Source: Candidatus Moraniibacteriota bacterium
GTDB taxonomy: Bacteria > Patescibacteriota > Minisyncoccia > Moranbacterales > UBA11712
DNA length: 41,575 bases
Reading direction: 5' to 3'
Assembly (NCBI GenBank): GCA_043802865.1
Contig: JAZDKQ010000018.1
Location: forward strand, 1 to 41,575
Shown here: positions 26,553 to 35,864 of the stretch, one piece after another
How the letters are laid out: the number at the start of each line of letters is the position of its first letter
Numbering within the stretch: the stretch's first letter is position 1
Translations under genes and position numbers: made by a program
The notes under the pieces: generated by a model
What the model saw: the letters and a program-made list of their open reading frames with translations, nothing else
Database searches by the model: none
What the model was told of the DNA's origin: nothing

Positions 26553-26975
26553 TCATTCGTTGATTCGCATCACTCTGCCTTGCAAATCAAACATTTTCCT
26601 CCCGTGCCGCCACCCCAAAATATGCAGCACTCCGTGCGCCAAAACGAAAGCCAACTCACGCAAAAAATCAACTTTGTTGTCGCGAGCATTTTTTGCAATA
26701 ACATCAGAACAAAGCACTAGTTCCCCTTCCAATACTTTTCCCTTTTTATTATACCCCGAATCCAAATTAAACGAAAGCACATCTGTGGATTTGTTTTTTT
26801 GGCGGTATTTCCGGTTTATTTTCCGACTTTCCGCTTCGCCCACAAAAACGATCGAAATATCAAAACACTTCAAATCAGCTCCCGCTAACTTGGCTGTTTT
26901 CCGCACGATTTTTTTCACAAAATCAGGATCGATCTTTTTTTTGGTGAGATTGGCAATTTCAATTGATGTTTTCAT
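26553..26975 (-). CDS. ybeY: rRNA maturation RNase YbeY
   Basis: NRKYR…TDVLSF, GELV, HGVLHILGWRH. Start set at ATG 26975. Confidence 0.95.
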   Translation of the reverse strand: MKTSIEIANLTKKKIDPDFVKKIVRKTAKLAGADLKCFDISIVFVGEAESRKINRKYRQKNKSTDVLSFNLDSGYNKKGKVLEGELVLCSDVIAKNARDNKVDFLRELAFVLAHGVLHILGWRHGRKMFDLQGRVMRINE

Positions 26976-27002
26976 TGAATTCATAATATTCGCAATTTCG
27001 CC

Positions 27003-27038
27003 AAAAAGCAAAACCCCGCCCCGCTAAGCGGAACGGGG
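27003..27038 (-). terminator. Terminator-like hairpin after yqeY
   Basis: CCCCG-CC-CCGC-TAA-GCGG-AA-CGGGG followed by a T-rich run on the minus strand. Confidence 0.6.
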
Positions 27039-27055
27039 CATCTTTTTGAAATATC

Positions 27056-27523
27056 TTATCCCAGTTCTTCTTCGACCACTTTTTTCACCGCGTCGCCGTC
27101 GGCTTGGCCTTTGAACTCGGCCATGGCGGCGCCCATCAGCTTTCCAAAACCGGATTTATCAGTGACGCCGAGTTCGGAAATTTTCGCCTTGACAACTTCT
27201 CGAATTTTTTCTTCGCCTGCTTGAGAGGGAAGATAGTTTTCGAGGATTATCATCTCCGCTTTTTCTTTGTCAGCCAATTCTTGCCGGCCACCTTTTTCGT
27301 ATTCGGCGATGGAATCCTTTCTCTGCTTCACTTGCCGGCGAATGACTGCGATGACTTCTTCGTCTTTGAGATATTCTTCACCTTTGGCTTTGATCTCGAT
27401 CTGATGATTTTTGATCGCCGAAATGAGAAAACGCAAAACGCCGGTTTTTTCTTTTTCACCGGCCTTGAGCGCTGACTTGAGCTCGGCTTCAATTTGTTGA
27501 TGAATCATATTTTTATTGGTCAC
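27056..27523 (-). CDS. GatB/YqeY domain protein
   Basis: LKSALKA…LRFLISAIK…KQRKDSIAEY…YLP…GKLMG; follows rpsU. Confidence 0.92.
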   Translation of the reverse strand: MTNKNMIHQQIEAELKSALKAGEKEKTGVLRFLISAIKNHQIEIKAKGEEYLKDEEVIAVIRRQVKQRKDSIAEYEKGGRQELADKEKAEMIILENYLPSQAGEEKIREVVKAKISELGVTDKSGFGKLMGAAMAEFKGQADGDAVKKVVEEELG

Positions 27524-27770
27524 TAATCCTCTTCTTCACGCGCTTGAGCGATTCTTCGTCAAATTTTCCCATTTTCTTGAGCTTATCAACTTCTTTTCTG
27601 ATCTTCGCCCTATATTGAGCTGACTCGCGGACTTGGCGGCGGCTTTTGTCTTTTTTGTAAAAACGCCCTTTGCGCACGGAAAGCAGAACTCCGCTCTGCT
27701 GAACGCGACGCGAAAAACGGCGGATCAAACTTTCCGATGTTTCACGATCTTTCCTTTTTACTTGGATCAT
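27513..27770 (-). CDS. rpsU: 30S ribosomal protein bS21 (extended)
   Basis: IQVKRKDRETSESLIRRFSRRVQQSGVL; conserved HIT-rpsU-yqeY order. Confidence 0.85.
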   Translation of the reverse strand: MIQVKRKDRETSESLIRRFSRRVQQSGVLLSVRKGRFYKKDKSRRQVRESAQYRAKIRKEVDKLKKMGKFDEESLKRVKKRISDQ

Positions 27771-27802
27771 ATAAAACCCCCTCTCTAATAATTTGAAATT
27801 CT

Positions 27803-28147
27803 CTAAACAGGCCTAATATCCTCTCTTAACTGTGCTCCCCCGATCAAATGCAAATGTATATGCCCCACTTCCTGTCCCCCGTGCTCTCCGACCCGAAACA
27901 AAAGCTTATATCCTTTTTCGGAAATTTTCAAGTCCTCGGCGATTTTTTTGGCAGTCGCGATCAATTTTCCCATGAGCATCGTATCTTCTTCTGAAATATC
28001 CGCGACGGACGCAATATGCTTTTTTGGAATCACCAGAACATGCACCGGCGCGATTGGATGCGCGTCGCGAAAAGCGATGATGTCTTCATTTTCATATACG
28101 ATATCGGCGGGAATTTGCTTTTGGATAATTTTGCAAAATACGCACAT
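27803..28147 (-). CDS. Histidine triad nucleotide-binding protein
   Basis: CVFCKI, HVLVIPKKH, GQEVGHIHLH. Confidence 0.95.
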   Translation of the reverse strand: MCVFCKIIQKQIPADIVYENEDIIAFRDAHPIAPVHVLVIPKKHIASVADISEEDTMLMGKLIATAKKIAEDLKISEKGYKLLFRVGEHGGQEVGHIHLHLIGGAQLREDIRPV

Positions 28148-28149
28148 AA

Positions 28150-29490
28150 TTATTTTTTCAGCCTTCTCTTTACTTCATCCACCAGCTTATTGGCATTGAT
28201 TGTCTCTTGCATTCCGCTGGCCATTTCCTTCACAATGACAGTCCCGTCGATCGCTTCTTTCTGACCGAGAATGAGAGTGATCTCAACTCTCAATCTATCG
28301 GCAATTTTCAGTTGCGATTTCAAACTTCCCCGTCCAAAACTTTCCGCGACGATGATGCCGTTGCGTTCCAGAGATTCAAACATGCGAAGGCTTTTTCTTT
28401 TGGCAAAACTTCCCAGCTGCGCCAAAAATACCCGCGCCTGAGGCGCTCTATATGTCTTCAAGCCCATTTTTTTCATTTCGTTGACAACCCGGTCCATCCC
28501 AATAGCAAACCCGACCGCCGGCGTATCCTCGCCACCGAATAGTTTCACAAGCCCGTCATACCGGCCGCCTCCGCCGAGAGCTTTTTTCTTCGCTTCTTCT
28601 TCAACCGGCCCCGCAAAAAGTTCAAACACGGTTTTTGTATAATAATCAAGACCCCGCACAAGATTCGGATCGATCTCGAAAGGAATTTCAAGCTCGTCGA
28701 GATATTCAAGCAGATCCTTGAAATGAGATCGGCATTCTTCGCAAAGATGATCGACGGACTGCGGCGCGCTTTGGCCGACCTGCGTACATTTGTCTTCTTT
28801 GCAATCAAGAATGCGCAAAGGATTCGTTTCAAGCCGTTTTTTGCAATCAATGCAAAGTTTTTGCCGCTTTGATTCAAAATAGCTCACAAGGAGATTGCGA
28901 TATTGCTTGCGGCAATGCGAACAACCGATACTATTGACATGCACGGTGACATTCTTGATCCCCAGCTGAAAAATGATCCGCCAAGCCATTTGGATCATCT
29001 GCGCGTCAATGATCGCGTCCTGTTCGCCAAAGGCTTCGCAGCCGAACTGAAAAAATTCGCGAAATCTGCCTTCTTGCGGACGGTCATATCTGTAGCAAGG
29101 ACCGGTATAAAAAAGTTTCACCGGCTTTGACTCGACTTGCATTCCGTTTTGGATATAGCTGCGAGCAATGCCGGCCGTGAACTCGGGACGCAGGGAAACT
29201 TTTTCGCCGCCTTTCGTTGAGAATGAATACATTTCTTTTTCAATGATATCTGTCCCAGTTCCGATTCCGCGGGTGAAAAGATTCGAGAATTCAACGATCG
29301 GCGTATCGATCCGGCGATAACCAAAATCAGCCGCCGCTTTTTCGGAAACTTTTCTCACTTGCTGCCAATACGGCTGGTCTTTCGGCAAAATATCCCGCAT
29401 TCCACGCGGAGGCTGGAGGAGAAGCTCTTCTTTCTCCTCGACTGCCTTTTGTTTCTTAATAGGTTTTTTGATAAGTTTTTTCTTAGGCAT
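28150..29490 (-). CDS. hisS: Histidine--tRNA ligase
   Basis: PRGMRD, LRPEFTA, RYDRPQEGRFREFFQ, RGLDYY, GGGRYDGL. Confidence 0.98.
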   Translation of the reverse strand: MPKKKLIKKPIKKQKAVEEKEELLLQPPRGMRDILPKDQPYWQQVRKVSEKAAADFGYRRIDTPIVEFSNLFTRGIGTGTDIIEKEMYSFSTKGGEKVSLRPEFTAGIARSYIQNGMQVESKPVKLFYTGPCYRYDRPQEGRFREFFQFGCEAFGEQDAIIDAQMIQMAWRIIFQLGIKNVTVHVNSIGCSHCRKQYRNLLVSYFESKRQKLCIDCKKRLETNPLRILDCKEDKCTQVGQSAPQSVDHLCEECRSHFKDLLEYLDELEIPFEIDPNLVRGLDYYTKTVFELFAGPVEEEAKKKALGGGGRYDGLVKLFGGEDTPAVGFAIGMDRVVNEMKKMGLKTYRAPQARVFLAQLGSFAKRKSLRMFESLERNGIIVAESFGRGSLKSQLKIADRLRVEITLILGQKEAIDGTVIVKEMASGMQETINANKLVDEVKRRLKK

Positions 29491-29508
29491 AAATTATAGT
29501 TGAAAATT

Positions 29509-30129
29509 CTAGAAAATCGACGCTTTCCCGATCGGCCACGCCCTCAATACCACTTTCCCCATCACATCCACTTCCGGAACCGGACCCCATGAGCGCGAAT
29601 CTGAAGAATAATCACGATTGTCGCCCATCACGAAATATTCATCGTTCAGATTCATATTTATTTCGCCCGATGTCGTCACTGAAGCCGAAAGATATTTGCC
29701 CTCGTCAAGCACGAAACCGTTCGGATTTTCGGAATTGAAAATTTTGACTTTGTCGCCGGAAATTTCGATTTTCTCCCCCGGCAGACCGATGATTCTTTTT
29801 ATATAAAATATAGACGGGTTCTTTGGATAACGAAACACAACCACATCCCCGCGCTGGAGCTCCTTGAACGGCTTCACGGTGAAAAGATCAGACCCTTTCC
29901 CAAAACCAACCTCGGTCGTTTTGTAGCCGAGTTCATTCACAATGAGATACTCTTTGTCCTCGAAATTCGGTTCCATCGACGCCCCCTGCACAAAAAATGG
30001 CTGGATCAAAAAAACCCGGATGGGGACAATGATCACCACCACCCAGAAAACCATTTTCACGATCTCCCAAATCACGCCCTTGAAACCGTATTCTTCGGCT
30101 TGGGGCTCTATGTCTTTTTCTTCAGTCAT
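29509..30129 (-). CDS. lepB: Signal peptidase I
   Basis: GASMEP, YIKRIIGLPG, GDNR..SSDSR. Start set at ATG 30129. Confidence 0.96.
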   Translation of the reverse strand: MTEEKDIEPQAEEYGFKGVIWEIVKMVFWVVVIIVPIRVFLIQPFFVQGASMEPNFEDKEYLIVNELGYKTTEVGFGKGSDLFTVKPFKELQRGDVVVFRYPKNPSIFYIKRIIGLPGEKIEISGDKVKIFNSENPNGFVLDEGKYLSASVTTSGEINMNLNDEYFVMGDNRDYSSDSRSWGPVPEVDVMGKVVLRAWPIGKASIF

Positions 30130-30279
30130 CAGAGGCATAATAGCAGAAAAAAACCGCCTTGGCAAGGGGTTGAATTGGTTTTATATAAGGGATAATTTTG
30201 GTTTTTGGAATGTTGTGAAACATTATGTCTTTAGTCTATTTTTTTTACATCCCCCGCAACTTTGAGCTATACTGAAGCT

Positions 30280-31830
30280 ATGGATCAGTATAATTTTCCC
30301 GAAAGAAACCAGCCCGAGGCTGGTCGGCCTCGGGCCGAAAAATCCAGATTTTTCTTTTGGACGGTTGTTGCCGTTTGTATTCTTGGAATTGTTTTTCTGG
30401 CATCGATCGCGGTTGCGTTCAAATTCTATTCGACGAGCCAGAAAGTGATTGACAACAAGCAACCCACTTCTTTTATGCAAAGCGTGAAAGATATCGTTTC
30501 GTCGGATCGGAAAGCTTTGCGAGGCGAACAATTCGACAGAATCAATATTTTGCTCGTCGGGCTCGCCGGAAAAAACTATCCGGGAGCGAATCTCACCGAC
30601 TCGATCATCGTCGCAAGCGTCAACCCGAAAACTTTTCAAACCGCTCTCCTTTCGATTCCCCGCGATCTCTATGTGCAAATTCCGGATACGAATTATTATA
30701 CAAAGATCAACGCGCTCTATGCCCGATCGCAAGACAAAGATAAATCCGGAAAATCCGGCGTTGATGACCTCAAAAAAGTTATCGCTGACATCACCGGACA
30801 GCCCATCGACTACTATATCGCCCTTGACTTCGACGGCTTCAAACAGATCATCAATGAATTGGGCGGCATCAAAGTCCAGGTTCCGAAAGACTTGCACGAC
30901 GAGCGCTATCCGGGGCCGAACTATAGCTACCAAACCTTTGACATCAAGCAAGGACTCCAGACCATCGACGGAGAAACATCCCTCAAATTCGCGCGCACCC
31001 GCCACGACGAGGACGGTGACTTCGGCCGGGCCTATCGCCAACAGCTCATTCTCGAATCAGCGCGCTCAAAAGCCTTTTCTCTGGAAACACTTCTCAATAT
31101 CCCGGAAATTAGCAATCTTCTCGGCACACTTGGCGAGCATTTGCGAACGGACATCCAACTCGACGAACTCAACTCCGTCATCGATCTCATCAAAAAAATC
31201 GACACGCACACGACCGCCAACAAAGTCCTCGACGCCGGAAAATCAGACAGTGTGATGGCCGTCTCGCACGTTTTCTTAGGCGGAGTCCGCGCCTTCATTT
31301 TGATCCCCCGCACGGGAAAATATGACGAAATTCAAGACATTTCCAAAAATATTTTCGACCTTGAGCTTATCAATCGGAAAAAAGCGGCCGTGAAGCTTGA
31401 GAATACGTCTGTTGCGATCGTGAACGAAAGTAGCGTGAAAAACTTTGATGCGAAATTGAAAAATCTGCTCGACAAATTTGACTACCAGGCCGAAATTGCC
31501 CAGCTCAAGCCCAAAGATACATCCAAGCGATACGTTTCGAACAAAACAAGCGATACGACCGTCTATGACCTCACGGGCGGACTGAAACCCTTTTCCCTCG
31601 AAGACTTGTCTAAAAAACTGGGCGCAAAAATTTCGATATATCCAACCGACATTCTTTCCGCGCAGTGCCAAGACGCTGATTTCTGCCTTGTCGCCGGATC
31701 CGACCTCACGGACAAACTGAATTACGAAGAAAATTCCGTGCAGGATCTCGAAAACGGATATGACCATCAGCAAGTGGACGAAAAAACATATATCGAGCTC
31801 TTGAAGAAAGGGAGTAATCAGAAGTTTTAA
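30280..31830 (+). CDS. LCP (LytR-CpsA-Psr) family protein with LytR_C-like tail
   Basis: NILLVG, LTDSIIV, SIPRDL, KINA, ARTRH..DFGRAYRQQ. Start set at ATG 30280. Confidence 0.93.
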   Translation: MDQYNFPERNQPEAGRPRAEKSRFFFWTVVAVCILGIVFLASIAVAFKFYSTSQKVIDNKQPTSFMQSVKDIVSSDRKALRGEQFDRINILLVGLAGKNYPGANLTDSIIVASVNPKTFQTALLSIPRDLYVQIPDTNYYTKINALYARSQDKDKSGKSGVDDLKKVIADITGQPIDYYIALDFDGFKQIINELGGIKVQVPKDLHDERYPGPNYSYQTFDIKQGLQTIDGETSLKFARTRHDEDGDFGRAYRQQLILESARSKAFSLETLLNIPEISNLLGTLGEHLRTDIQLDELNSVIDLIKKIDTHTTANKVLDAGKSDSVMAVSHVFLGGVRAFILIPRTGKYDEIQDISKNIFDLELINRKKAAVKLENTSVAIVNESSVKNFDAKLKNLLDKFDYQAEIAQLKPKDTSKRYVSNKTSDTTVYDLTGGLKPFSLEDLSKKLGAKISIYPTDILSAQCQDADFCLVAGSDLTDKLNYEENSVQDLENGYDHQQVDEKTYIELLKKGSNQKF

Positions 31831-31845
31831 TAATATTTTATTCTT

Positions 31846-32400
31846 ATGAAAACAATATTAATCGCCGGGCTGGGAAATCCCGGGAAAAAATATGAAAAAA
31901 CCCGCCACAATGCCGGGTTCGTGTTCGCTGATTATTTTTTCAAAAAATTCCGAGAAGAGTTCGGATTTTCGGATTGGAGAGTGGATAAGAAGCTAAAATC
32001 AGAGATTAGTCTTGGAAAAAGAGGTCAAGATAAAATAATTCTTCTCAAGCCCCAGACATTCATGAATCTTTCGGGTGAAGCAGTTCTGGCGGCGATTAAA
32101 TATTATAAAGTGAAACTTGAGAATATTGTTGTCGCCCATGACGAGATCGATTTGCTGCTTGGAAAATACAAACTCTCAAAAGATTCCTCTTCCGCCGGAC
32201 ACAACGGGGCGCAAAATATCATTGATTTGCTTGGCACGAAAAATTTTTCGAGACTCCGGATTGGTATTGAAAATCGCGGCGATCGTAAAATTGCAACCGA
32301 AAAATATGTATTAGAAAAATTAACGGCATTGGAAATAAAAATGGTATCAAAAATATTGCCAGAAATTTCTGATGAATTTATTAAGGAATATTTAGCTTAA
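31846..32400 (+). CDS. pth: Peptidyl-tRNA hydrolase
   Basis: GLGNPG..YEKTRHNAG, KPQTFMNLSG, HDEID, GHNG. Confidence 0.97.
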   Translation: MKTILIAGLGNPGKKYEKTRHNAGFVFADYFFKKFREEFGFSDWRVDKKLKSEISLGKRGQDKIILLKPQTFMNLSGEAVLAAIKYYKVKLENIVVAHDEIDLLLGKYKLSKDSSSAGHNGAQNIIDLLGTKNFSRLRIGIENRGDRKIATEKYVLEKLTALEIKMVSKILPEISDEFIKEYLA

Positions 32401-32415
32401 AGCCGCTTGATAAAT

Positions 32416-32445
32416 AAAAAGAAGTCCCGCTAGGGCTTCTTTTTT
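32416..32445. terminator. Bidirectional terminator between convergent pth and typA
   Basis: AAAAAGAAGTCC-CGCTA-GGGCTTCTTTTT. Confidence 0.75.
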
Positions 32446-32448
32446 ATA

Positions 32449-32495
32449 CAAAATACAATATACCAGATACCAAATACTAAATACTAAATACTAAA
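32449..32495. repeat. Degenerate heptamer array (…AATAC units)
   Basis: caaatac aatatac cagatac caaatac taaatac taaatac taaat. Confidence 0.8.
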
Positions 32496-34278
32496 TTTTT
32501 CTTCTCCCGGCCTGGATCCGCGCTGTTTCTTGCAGGATTTGTTTTCGCAGGCGGATGCTTTGGGGTGTGATCTCGAGATACTCATCGTCCGCCATGACTT
32601 CGAAGCCCCGCTCGATCGTGAGCGGCATTGGCGGCACGAGATGAATGGCCGCGTCCGCACCCGATGAGCGCATATTAGTGAGATTTTTTCCTTTGATGGG
32701 ATTCACGGCCATGTCGTTTCCTTTCGCCGTGTTCCCAATCACCATTCCTTCATATACTTCCGTGTTGGCGCCGATATAGAGGACGCCACGGTCTTGAAGA
32801 TTGGCAAGTGAAAAGGCAAGTGTTTTTCCGGCGACCATCGAAGCCATTGAACCGGTCGCATGCTTGGAAATCGCTCCCGCGTGCGGCCGGAATTCCAGAA
32901 AACGGCTGGCAAAAATTCCTTCGCCACGCGTTTCGATCATAAATTGGTTGCGATATCCCAAAATTCCCCGGGTCGGGATTTCAAAGACCATTCGAACTTG
33001 GCTGCCTTCTTGTTTCATATCAACCATGATTCCCTTTCTTTTGCCAAGAGTTTCAATGATCGTTCCCAAAAATTGTTCCGGCACATCAATCGTCGCTTCT
33101 TCGAACGGCTCAAGTTTCTTTCCATTTTCTTCCTTGATGATAACCTGCGGCTGGGAAACTTGCAGTTCGTATCCTTCGCGGCGCATATTTTCGATGAGAA
33201 TCGCAATGTGGAGCTCTCCTCTTCCGCTCACTTTATAAAAATCATTATTTGAGAAATCAACCTTGAGCCCGACGTTCACTTCGAGTTCTTTTTCGAGTCG
33301 TTCTCTGATTTGCTTTGACGTCACAAATTTTCCTTCGCGCCCGGCAAAAGGCGAATCATTCACCAAAAAATTGAGCGTGATGGTCGGCTCGTCGATCTTG
33401 ATCGCGGGCAAAGGTTCTTGATCAGCGTTCGCACAAATTGTTTCTCCTATATCAATGTCCGGAATGCCAGCGATCATCACCGTATCCCCGCCCGAGGCCT
33501 GCGAAATTTCTTTTCGCGATATTCCTTCGAAGGTGAACATTTTTATTATTTTCCCTTTGCGAACTTCGCCCGTTGACTTTTTCACGAATACTTCACCGCT
33601 CCGGATTGTGCCTTCATGTATTCTCCCAATCGCCAGACGTCCGAGAAAATTGTCATATCCCAAACTGAAAGGCTGCATCCGGAAAGGCGCATCAGGATTT
33701 GAAGTCGCGGCTGGAACTTTTTCGAGGATCGTGTCGAGAAGCGGAGTGAGGTCTTTTGACTCATCATCCAAACTTCTTTTCGCAATCCCTTCGCGTCCGA
33801 TCGCATAGACGACCGTGAAGTCAAGTTGTTCGCCGCTTGCGCCAAGATCGAGAAAAAGTTCGAAAACTTGTTCCTGGGCAATTTCGGGACGGGCCGCCGG
33901 TTTGTCGATCTTGTTGATCACGACAATCGGCTTGATACCGAGTTCCAAAGATTTTTTGAGAACAAATCTCGTCTGGGGCATCGGACCTTCTTGCGCATCC
34001 ACGACCAAAAGCACCGAATCAATCGAACGCAATACCCGTTCCACTTCGGATCCGAAATCAGCGTGCCCCGGCGTATCCACGATATTGATCTTTGTGCCTT
34101 TATAGAATATCGAAGTATTTTTTGAGTATATCGTAATACCACGCTCCTTTTCGAGCACGTCGCTGTCCATCGTGACGGCTTCTTCCGTCTCCATTCCGGT
34201 CTGACGCATAATGGCATCCGTGATTGTGGTTTTGCCATGGTCAACATGAGCGATGATGGCAATGTTTCTGATTTCCAT
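32491..34278 (-). CDS. typA: Translational GTPase TypA/BipA
   Basis: IRNIAIIAHVDHGKTT, DTPGHADFG, GRGELH, KNLTNMRSSGAD. Start ATG 34278. Confidence 0.97.
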   Translation of the reverse strand: MEIRNIAIIAHVDHGKTTITDAIMRQTGMETEEAVTMDSDVLEKERGITIYSKNTSIFYKGTKINIVDTPGHADFGSEVERVLRSIDSVLLVVDAQEGPMPQTRFVLKKSLELGIKPIVVINKIDKPAARPEIAQEQVFELFLDLGASGEQLDFTVVYAIGREGIAKRSLDDESKDLTPLLDTILEKVPAATSNPDAPFRMQPFSLGYDNFLGRLAIGRIHEGTIRSGEVFVKKSTGEVRKGKIIKMFTFEGISRKEISQASGGDTVMIAGIPDIDIGETICANADQEPLPAIKIDEPTITLNFLVNDSPFAGREGKFVTSKQIRERLEKELEVNVGLKVDFSNNDFYKVSGRGELHIAILIENMRREGYELQVSQPQVIIKEENGKKLEPFEEATIDVPEQFLGTIIETLGKRKGIMVDMKQEGSQVRMVFEIPTRGILGYRNQFMIETRGEGIFASRFLEFRPHAGAISKHATGSMASMVAGKTLAFSLANLQDRGVLYIGANTEVYEGMVIGNTAKGNDMAVNPIKGKNLTNMRSSGADAAIHLVPPMPLTIERGFEVMADDEYLEITPQSIRLRKQILQETARIQAGRRKI

Positions 34279-34349
34279 AAAAAATAATAAAAACCGCGAG
34301 AGCGGCAAATTTCTGAACAAATTAGCTCCGGGACTTTCGGTCTTTGGAA

Positions 34350-34378
34350 ATATTAGCAGGAAAACAGAAGAATGTCAA
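34350..34378 (-). promoter_or_regulatory. typA promoter
   Basis: TTGACA (34378-34373), 17-nt spacer, TAATAT (34355-34350). Confidence 0.65.
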
Positions 34379-34456
34379 AAAAATCCAGAATAAAATCCGG
34401 CGAAGCCGGACTCCAAAACTTTTCCCTTTTCACTTTTCATTTTAAACTTTCAATAT

Positions 34457-34630
34457 CCTCTGTCCCACCTGAAAGCGCCGGAGTCAGTTGCATTTGCATC
34501 CTATCCGAACTTACCCAACGATGATTAAGGAGGGGTCACACCGTCGGACTTCCAGACGGGACGGAAGACACGAATTTGCCTTATATTCAATATGAATGAG
34601 TATTTGCTGGGATCCCCTACCCAGAAGTGA
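34457..34630 (-). ncRNA. Candidate structured non-coding RNA, family not identified
   Basis: GC-richer patch in an AT-rich intergenic region; hairpins CTGGG/CCCAG and CCGTC/GACGG; closing GTCAC/GTGAC; AGGGG/CCCCT complementarity; directly preceded by TTGACA-16-TACGAT. Confidence 0.45.
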
Positions 34631-34677
34631 CATCGTAGCAGAACTGCAGAATTTGTCAATGATTGCAATATTCACCC

Positions 34678-34704
34678 GTAGAGACGCGATTAATCGCGTC
34701 TCTA
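34678..34704. repeat. REP-like palindrome G-TAGAGACGCGATTAATCGCGTCTCTA
   Basis: 26-bp perfect palindrome (34679-34704); the element begins with GTAG. Confidence 0.8.
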
Positions 34705-34740
34705 TAATGATTACGTAAAAGTGTGATATTATATTCAAGT

Positions 34741-35847
34741 ATGGAGGAAAAAAACCAAAACGATATAATTTTTTGGCACGCTTTCAATTGCGTAGACGGC
34801 TTCGGGCCACAGGCTTTCAAAAAACTGCTGGCCGGTTTTTCGGAACTCAAAGAAGCTTGGAAAAGCACCAACGCGTATAATTTCGAGCAACTCGACTTTT
34901 CGAAAAAGCAGATAGATAATTTTTTTCAATTCCGACAAAAGCATTCTCCGGAAATTTTGTTCGAGGAACTCGCGAAAGAAAATATTGAAATTATCACTAT
35001 AAACGACAAGGCCTACCCAACCCAGCTCAAAGAAATCGCCTCCGCTCCGCCGGTTTTGTATATCCGGGGCGACCGGAGCATCCTTTCCAACAAATCAATC
35101 GCGATCGTCGGATCGCGAAAATTCACGGAATATGGCCGGCGGGTGACGGAAAATCTCACCAAAGATCTCGTGCGCGCCGGACTCACGATCGTGAGCGGCC
35201 TTGCGCTCGGCATTGACGGCATCGCCCATCAGGCCGCGCTCGACGCCGGCGGATTCACGGCAGCGGTTCTGGGCACCGGAATCGACGACGCGACGATATA
35301 TCCCCGCGAGCATTTCAATCTGGCGAAAAATATAATCGAAAATGGCGGAGCGCTGATCACTGAACAGCCGCCCAAAACCCCCTCGCTCAAACAAAATTTT
35401 CCGGCTCGGAACCGCATCATGGCCGGACTCGCACTCGGCACACTCGTCATCGAAGCCGCCGAAAGTTCCGGCTCGCTCATCACCGCGGGTTTTGCCCTTG
35501 AGCAGAACCGAGAAGTTTTTGCCGTGCCGGGGGACATATTTTCTCCGCAATCAACAGGCGCGAATCTGCTCGTGAAACGTGGCGCGAAACTCGTCATGTC
35601 CGCCGCGGATATTCTTGAAGAATTCAATATTTCCCGCACCCAACCCCAACTCGCTCTCAAGCTCTTTGAGCCGAGGACGGACGAAGAAAAAACCATCTGG
35701 AAAATTCTTTCCAACGAGCCCCTTCACATTGACAAGATTTCGAAAATGGCTAGACTGGACACAGCGGTCGTCAGTTCGGTACTCGCCACACTGGAAATAG
35801 AAGGAGCTGTGAAAAATATTGGCGGACAAAATTTTATCAAACTGTAA
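34741..35847 (+). CDS. dprA: DNA-processing protein DprA
   Basis: AIVGSR, VSGLALGID, NFPARNRIMAG, SGSLITA, VFAVPG; C-terminal winged helix. Confidence 0.97.
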   Translation: MEEKNQNDIIFWHAFNCVDGFGPQAFKKLLAGFSELKEAWKSTNAYNFEQLDFSKKQIDNFFQFRQKHSPEILFEELAKENIEIITINDKAYPTQLKEIASAPPVLYIRGDRSILSNKSIAIVGSRKFTEYGRRVTENLTKDLVRAGLTIVSGLALGIDGIAHQAALDAGGFTAAVLGTGIDDATIYPREHFNLAKNIIENGGALITEQPPKTPSLKQNFPARNRIMAGLALGTLVIEAAESSGSLITAGFALEQNREVFAVPGDIFSPQSTGANLLVKRGAKLVMSAADILEEFNISRTQPQLALKLFEPRTDEEKTIWKILSNEPLHIDKISKMARLDTAVVSSVLATLEIEGAVKNIGGQNFIKL

Positions 35848-35864
35848 TTTTGAATTCAAAACTT

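Noticed and set aside
30223-31041. 272-aa antisense ORF, and similar shadow ORFs over ftsZ, typA, dprA, topA and parB
   Set aside because: Antisense or off-frame to well-supported genes; expected from codon bias.
32449-32495. Repeat arrays as possible CRISPR
   Set aside because: 7-bp tandem units without spacers; no cas genes in the window.
34457-34630. Assignment of the RNA candidate to glmS ribozyme, 6S, RNase P, SRP or glycine riboswitch
   Set aside because: Only short fragments match (AGCGCC, CCCACCTG, GGAAGTCCG, CTTTCAGG); the full conserved architecture of each family could not be found by eye.
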